Below are positions 59,370 to 64,000 of a stretch of DNA of 64,000 nucleotides, piece by piece; position 1 is the first letter of the stretch; every line of letters starts with the position of its first letter. Made by a program: the position numbers and the translations under genes. Location of the stretch: contig JAZDLR010000001.1 of assembly GCA_043801745.1 (NCBI GenBank), positions 24,374-88,373 of the forward strand, read 5' to 3'. Source of the stretch: Candidatus Komeilibacteria bacterium. GTDB lineage: Bacteria > Patescibacteriota > Patescibacteriia > UBA1558 > 2-01-FULL-52-15. The notes under the pieces are model-generated. The model was not told where the DNA came from. It did not search any database and was given only the letters and a program-made list of their open reading frames with translations.

Positions 59370-60383
59370 ATGGAAGTTTCCCTGAACATCCGGCCTAATC
59401 AGGAATTTTTGGATCGCTTTCCCATTGGCGCTTTCCTGCAGTCACGCTTCTGGGCTGAGGTTTTGAAACAGCAGGGAATAAAAAGTTGGCAACTTAATGT
59501 TTTCCAGAATCATCAAGTTATTGGCCAGTGTCTGCTCTACAGTCACAAGCTGCCTTTTGGTAAGGCTTATTTATATTCCGGCAAAGGGCCACTCATCAGC
59601 TTGGAACATGAATCAGAATTACGCGAAGCCTTTGGTTTATTCCTAACACAGATTAGAGACATCACGATTGCCACGGCCCATCGTCAGGAAATTTTTTGCC
59701 GCCTGGAACCAAGCATGGTACCACCGCAGTTAGAAATTCCTTTTGTTCCGGCTGCTCCGGTACAACCACAACTGACCTCGCTCCTTAATTTGCGGAAGAG
59801 CGAAGAAGAAATATTTCAAAAATTTAAAGAAAAAACCCGCTACAATATCCGCTTAGCCGAACGTAAAGGCGTAACCGTACACTGGGGCACCAGTGATCAA
59901 GCTTTAAAAATATTTTTGGACCTCCTGCCCCGTACCCAATTACGGCAACGTATTAGATCACACACCAACCGACACTACCGCGCCATTGTTAATGCCGGCC
60001 GGGAACACAATACTGTTAAAATTGCCTGGGCCGAATATCAGGGGCAACCGATTGCCGCCAATCTTTATATCCTATTTGGTTCAACCGTTACCTATTTGCA
60101 CGGCGCCTTTAATTATCATTACCGTGAAGTTATGGCGCCTCATTTACTGCAGTGGCAGGGAATTAAACAGGCAGCTTATCTGGGCTACAAATATTTTGAT
60201 TTCTGGGGCCTGGCTCCTAGCGACGGTTCACAGCCCAGTTGGGACGGCTTTACCCGTTTCAAACGCGGCTTTAATGGCATAGAAATTTCTCACCCCGGTG
60301 CCTTTGATTTTATCTATAACGACAGCTGGTACACCTTTTACCAGCGCGTACGTAAGGTCCGCCGGTTATTAAGACGCACCTAA
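59370..60383 (+). CDS. FemAB-family peptidyltransferase-like protein (peptidoglycan bridge formation)
   Basis: KTRYNIRLAERKGVTV is characteristic of the FemAB/GNAT-like family. Length 337 aa, immediately upstream of a Mur ligase gene. Confidence 0.55.
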   Translation: MEVSLNIRPNQEFLDRFPIGAFLQSRFWAEVLKQQGIKSWQLNVFQNHQVIGQCLLYSHKLPFGKAYLYSGKGPLISLEHESELREAFGLFLTQIRDITIATAHRQEIFCRLEPSMVPPQLEIPFVPAAPVQPQLTSLLNLRKSEEEIFQKFKEKTRYNIRLAERKGVTVHWGTSDQALKIFLDLLPRTQLRQRIRSHTNRHYRAIVNAGREHNTVKIAWAEYQGQPIAANLYILFGSTVTYLHGAFNYHYREVMAPHLLQWQGIKQAAYLGYKYFDFWGLAPSDGSQPSWDGFTRFKRGFNGIEISHPGAFDFIYNDSWYTFYQRVRKVRRLLRRT

Positions 60384-60384
60384 T

Positions 60385-61704
60385 ATGTACTGGAAAACAG
60401 TTGCGCACAAAATTATTCCCGACTCGCTGACCAAAGTCTATCATTGGTTATTAGCTCAAGCAGCAGCCCGTCAGTATCATTGGCCCAGCGAGTCAATGAT
60501 CGTTATTGCCATTACCGGTACTTCAGGTAAATCCACTACCTGCGAGATCCTCTGGCAGATTCTTCAGCATCAAGGTTACAAAGTCGGATTAGCTTCCGGT
60601 ATCCGTTTTTTCGACGGTGTTACTTCTGCGTCCAATAATACCAAAATGACTATGTTGGGCCGTTTCCGCTTACAAAAATTGCTGGCCCAAATGAAAACCA
60701 ATGGTTGTCAGTATGCCATTATAGAAACTACGTCACTGGGCTTAAGCCAATACCGTCACTTAGGAATCAACATTGATGTAGCTGCCATTACTAATTTCTG
60801 GTCCGAGCATGATGAGGCACACGGTGGTTTAGAACAATACCGCGCTGCCAAGGGTCAATTATTTCACCATCTTACTACTAAGCCGCGGAAAACTATTAAT
60901 GGCAAAACAATTGATAAAATCTCCGTACTCAACGCCGATGACGATAATTATCACTACTTTGCGCAATTTACCAGTGATAAACAATTAGCCTTTAGTTTAC
61001 AATCTCACAGACCCAATACATTAACTGCCGACAAAATCAGCTATCAGGCAGACGGCTGTAATTTTGCGATTGAAAATATCCCCTTTCATCTGCCACTGCT
61101 AGGCTCATATAACGTTACCAATGCGCTAACTGCTATAACTATTGCTTCCGGCCTGGGGGTTAGTTTAAATGATTCGGCTGCTGCGCTGCGAGGAATTGCA
61201 CCGGTGCCCGGTAGATTAGAATATATTGATGAAGGTCAGGATTTTACCGTCATTGTTGATTATGCCTTCGAACCTAAGGCCATGACCAAACTTTATGAGG
61301 TAATTATACAATTACCGCACAATAAGGTCATTCACGTACTAGGCACTACCGGCGGCGGCCGTGATGCCAAACGAGGCGGTATCTTAGGTGCTATGGCCGC
61401 TGACTTTGCTGATATTGTAATCGCCACTGACGAAGACCCCTATGATGATGATCCGCTGAAACTAATCCAGCGCGTGGCTACCGGCGCGCAAAATAAAGGT
61501 AAGGAACTGGATAAAAATTTGTTTATTAAACGAAACCGGCTGGATGGCATTACTAAAGCCGTTGATCTAGCACAGCCAGGCGATATTGTCTTAATCACCG
61601 GCAAAGGTTCCGAAGGCGCTATGGCCGTGGCTAATGGTAAGAAAATAGCGTGGGATGATCGGGAGGTAGCCCGGGCGGCGATTCAGAATAAGACAAAGCG
61701 ATAA
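60385..61704 (+). CDS. Mur ligase family protein (MurE-like)
   Basis: The ATP-binding motif IAITGTSGKSTTCEIL, plus the middle and C-terminal Mur ligase domains. Confidence 0.7.
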   Translation: MYWKTVAHKIIPDSLTKVYHWLLAQAAARQYHWPSESMIVIAITGTSGKSTTCEILWQILQHQGYKVGLASGIRFFDGVTSASNNTKMTMLGRFRLQKLLAQMKTNGCQYAIIETTSLGLSQYRHLGINIDVAAITNFWSEHDEAHGGLEQYRAAKGQLFHHLTTKPRKTINGKTIDKISVLNADDDNYHYFAQFTSDKQLAFSLQSHRPNTLTADKISYQADGCNFAIENIPFHLPLLGSYNVTNALTAITIASGLGVSLNDSAAALRGIAPVPGRLEYIDEGQDFTVIVDYAFEPKAMTKLYEVIIQLPHNKVIHVLGTTGGGRDAKRGGILGAMAADFADIVIATDEDPYDDDPLKLIQRVATGAQNKGKELDKNLFIKRNRLDGITKAVDLAQPGDIVLITGKGSEGAMAVANGKKIAWDDREVARAAIQNKTKR

Positions 61705-61718
61705 AGCAATATTGATTT

Positions 61719-62297
61719 ATGACCAAACCTATAAATTGCATCATCATCCACGGTTGTCCGTCTCCAAAAGAGAAAAATTATAACGCTGAGTCCAGAACCT
61801 ATGATAAACATTGGATGCCTTGGGTTAAGAAAGAACTACTGGCTAAGGGAATTAAAACAGAAACTCCGCTCATGCCCGAGCCGTGGGCGCCTGATTATGA
61901 AAAATTCAAAGCCGAGTTTGAGAAACTAGAAGTTAATGAAGACACGATATTAATTGGCCACAGCTGCGGTTGCAGTTTTTTAGTCCAATGGTTAGGCGAA
62001 AGTAAAAAAAATATTTCTAAACTTATTTTGGTAGCCCCGTGGAAAATTGCTACCACAGAATTTGAATTTCGGACAAAATTTTATGGCTTTCCTATTGATG
62101 AAACAATAAAAGATCGGGTCAAAGAAATAATTATGTTTACTGCTGATAATGAATGGCCCGAGGGAAAAGCCAGTTTAAAAATATTTCACGCTGCCTTAGG
62201 CGGTGAAGTGATAGAATTGAAAAACCACGGACACTATTTATTGAAACAAATGGGCACCGAGGAATTTCCGGAATTATTAAACGTCGTTTTAAAGTAA
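61719..62297 (+). CDS. alpha/beta hydrolase (RBBP9/YdeN-like serine hydrolase)
   Basis: IIIHGCPS...ILIGHSCG carries a GxSxG nucleophile elbow. Length 192 aa. Confidence 0.55.
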   Translation: MTKPINCIIIHGCPSPKEKNYNAESRTYDKHWMPWVKKELLAKGIKTETPLMPEPWAPDYEKFKAEFEKLEVNEDTILIGHSCGCSFLVQWLGESKKNISKLILVAPWKIATTEFEFRTKFYGFPIDETIKDRVKEIIMFTADNEWPEGKASLKIFHAALGGEVIELKNHGHYLLKQMGTEEFPELLNVVLK

Positions 62298-62430
62298 TAA
62301 AATGACCAAATCGGACTTAGAAAAAATCATAAACTACATAGTTGGCCAAGGACTGGCGGAAACGAAAGGTCTGGCAGCCGGGGTGAGAATATACGATTAA
62401 CTGATTATTGGAAATTGATTATTTGCATTA

Positions 62431-62542
62431 CCTCACCTGTCCTCTCCTTCAAAAGGAGAGGAACGCTATTTATAAAGCTAGTCGCTCTACTCAACCTCCG
62501 CGCATCCTCCCTCTCCTTTTCAAGGAGAGGGTTGGGGTGAGG
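62431..62542. mobile_element. MITE-like element, copy 3 (same orientation as copy 1)
   Basis: The first 45 nt and the last about 35 nt are near-identical to the copy at 17187-17298. Extended terminal inverted repeat ttacctcacctgtcctctcctt / aaggagagggttggggtgaggtaa. Confidence 0.6.
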
Positions 62543-62650
62543 TAATCTACAAATAAATTTGTCTGACTAACACCGTTGTTAGCTTTTTTTGTAAAATTAA
62601 TAACCCATCGACAAATTATTGCGGGGCTTTCAATACAATATAGTTTTAAC

Positions 62651-63076
62651 TTACTTCAAATACTTATCTTCAAAATCTTTCTCATTGCCATACTCGGCGA
62701 AATTCATCGTCCGATGATGTTCTGGTTCAATAAAACCTTTGTCAGCCTTATGTCTAATACCACACCAGTACTTTTCTGTCTGCGCCACCATTTCCCGCCA
62801 AAAAGCGATCACACCATTGCCATAACCGCAATAGACACAATACATTTTTTGCCAGAAAGTTAAATATTTCAATTTGTGACGATCGATCTTAATATATACC
62901 GACCTTCTAATGTAGGGATAACCATAAAACGGAAAACAAATCCGATGATACACTTCAGCCCAAATATCCAGGATCACCAAGGGGATGATCAAGGTAGTAA
63001 CTATAGGAATGACAATTATGTGTTTAAGCTGATAATGCTCATTACTTAGATATTTCATATATTTTGCTATTAACAA
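62651..63076 (-). CDS. hypothetical membrane protein (AT-rich)
   Basis: A 141-aa ORF with a transmembrane segment IVIPIVTTLIIPLVILDIW and a Cys-containing C-terminal half. Confidence 0.4.
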   Translation of the reverse strand: MLIAKYMKYLSNEHYQLKHIIVIPIVTTLIIPLVILDIWAEVYHRICFPFYGYPYIRRSVYIKIDRHKLKYLTFWQKMYCVYCGYGNGVIAFWREMVAQTEKYWCGIRHKADKGFIEPEHHRTMNFAEYGNEKDFEDKYLK

Positions 63077-63120
63077 TTATAGCATACTAACCCAAAAGGA
63101 ATAATTTTTTCCAAATTGAA

Positions 63121-63151
63121 GAGGCCCACCGTTGTTGAAACAGTGGGCCTC
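63121..63151. terminator. hairpin terminator
   Basis: gaggcccaccgttgttgaaacagtgggcctc. Confidence 0.5.
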
Positions 63152-63173
63152 GTTGCTACTCCCGCAGCACCAC

Positions 63174-63350
63174 CTAACCGACCTTGGTGGCGCTGGTGAT
63201 CATCCCGAAATTCTCGGTGCAGGGAATCGTTCCCTGAATCACAGCCCGTTCATGCTGTAATCTGGCCAGACGAATCGCTTCATCCTCTGACCAGGCCTTA
63301 ACCTGAAACGTCTGCTTGCACGTCTGACAGACCGCCTCCCACTCACGCAT
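63174..63350 (-). CDS. hypothetical small GC-rich protein (58 aa, CxxC-containing)
   Basis: MREWEAVCQTCKQTFQVKAWSEDEAIRLARLQHERAVIQGTIPCTENFGMITSATKVG. GC about 58%, set in AT-rich flanks, with a terminator 20 nt downstream. Confidence 0.3.
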   Translation of the reverse strand: MREWEAVCQTCKQTFQVKAWSEDEAIRLARLQHERAVIQGTIPCTENFGMITSATKVG

Positions 63351-63399
63351 GACTCATCGCCTCCTTGGATTCAAGTTAAACTAACTCTTCACTGTCACC

Positions 63400-64000
63400 G
63401 CTAATATGATGACTAGGTATTAACACGGTTACGATTTTGCTGAAAATAAGACAGAACACGAATATATCAAAATAGCATATATAATAAAATATGTCAAGTC
63501 TAAACAATATTAGCTAAATACTGGCAATATTTTAAATATTTGCACCTCATAAAATTGGCCCAATTAATTATTATCCACAGGACATTAAGTTTATTTGTCA
63601 TTATTATATATAAAGCCTTGTGGATAAAATGTTTAGTTACTAGGGAAAAAACGCTAATTAATGACGATTTTTATCAATATTTGACTTTTTTTTCTGCCCT
63701 ATTTTAGTATTTATTGGCTAATACTGGCTATTCCCATCAATAAATTACTACTTTTGTCTCTTTTTGAGCTCAAAATCCTTGACAGCGACAATGTCAACTG
63801 GTACTATAATTGCATGATTTTTTTGACGATTCCCTATCCCTCATAGGTAACGTCTGTTAAACCCTTTTCCAGTAAACCTGGGAAGGGGTTTAATAATTGC
63901 TCAATAAGGATTAATTTTGGGCCTGTAGCCCGATCACTCGATCGGATCGTCTCCTCCCTTAGTGGAAACTTCGGGAAGGGATCTAACTAACCCTCTAAAG
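63400..64000. other. AT-rich intergenic region with two perfect DnaA boxes; candidate chromosomal replication origin
   Basis: TTATCCACA at 63571-63579 and its inverse TGTGGATAA at 63619-63627, plus a degenerate box ttatcaata at 63670. The region is about 600 bp with no ORF and AT-rich tracts. Confidence 0.45.

Overview
This 64 kb window looks like a chromosome segment from a small-genome bacterium, probably Candidate Phyla Radiation/Patescibacteria. It has compact housekeeping genes, a stand-alone 16S rRNA gene with a greatly expanded V1 helix and no linked 23S/5S, a type IV pilus ATPase, and many ribosomal and DNA-repair genes. Core genes recognised from their translated sequences: uvrD (partial), ychF, ruvB, gyrA, rpsA, ftsH, pilB/gspE, valS (split by a frameshift), tsaE, tsaD, hsp20, rpmF, a nusB-NUDIX fusion, rnc, smc, rpsP, khpA, trmD, polA, holA, rpsT, truB, uvrB, ruvA, a FemAB-like gene and a Mur ligase. 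There are eight tRNAs: Glu, Ile, Phe, Pro, Gly-UCC, Gly-CCC and Cys, plus a degenerate Cys copy. What stands out is the repeat and island architecture. (1) A family of at least 8 palindromic elements of about 40 bp (consensus TTGAC-CCCGTTAGA-loop-TCTAACGGG-GTCAA) sits at the edges of short GC-rich cassettes that look foreign (host about 40-45% GC, cassettes 52-60%). One copy is inserted in frame inside a DUF45 metallohydrolase gene, and two copies bracket a single GC-rich gene. (2) A 112 bp MITE-like element with terminal inverted repeats has 3 copies. (3) A GIY-YIG mini-element with 45-60 bp inverted termini lies between ruvB and gyrA. (4) Several further hairpin families are associated with tRNA genes. 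Candidate accessory cargo includes a three-gene GC-rich cassette with two tandem 122-aa paralogues (1660-2808), a small-protein plus HD-domain small alarmone hydrolase operon (24579-25261), an overlapping CYTH plus Zn-ribbon NUDIX pair, an alkyltransferase-like (Trp-substituted MGMT) gene abutting tRNA-Pro, and an IMPase-PfkB fusion where rimM would normally sit. The last 600 bp are AT-rich, carry two perfect DnaA boxes, and are a candidate oriC. No CRISPR array was seen.
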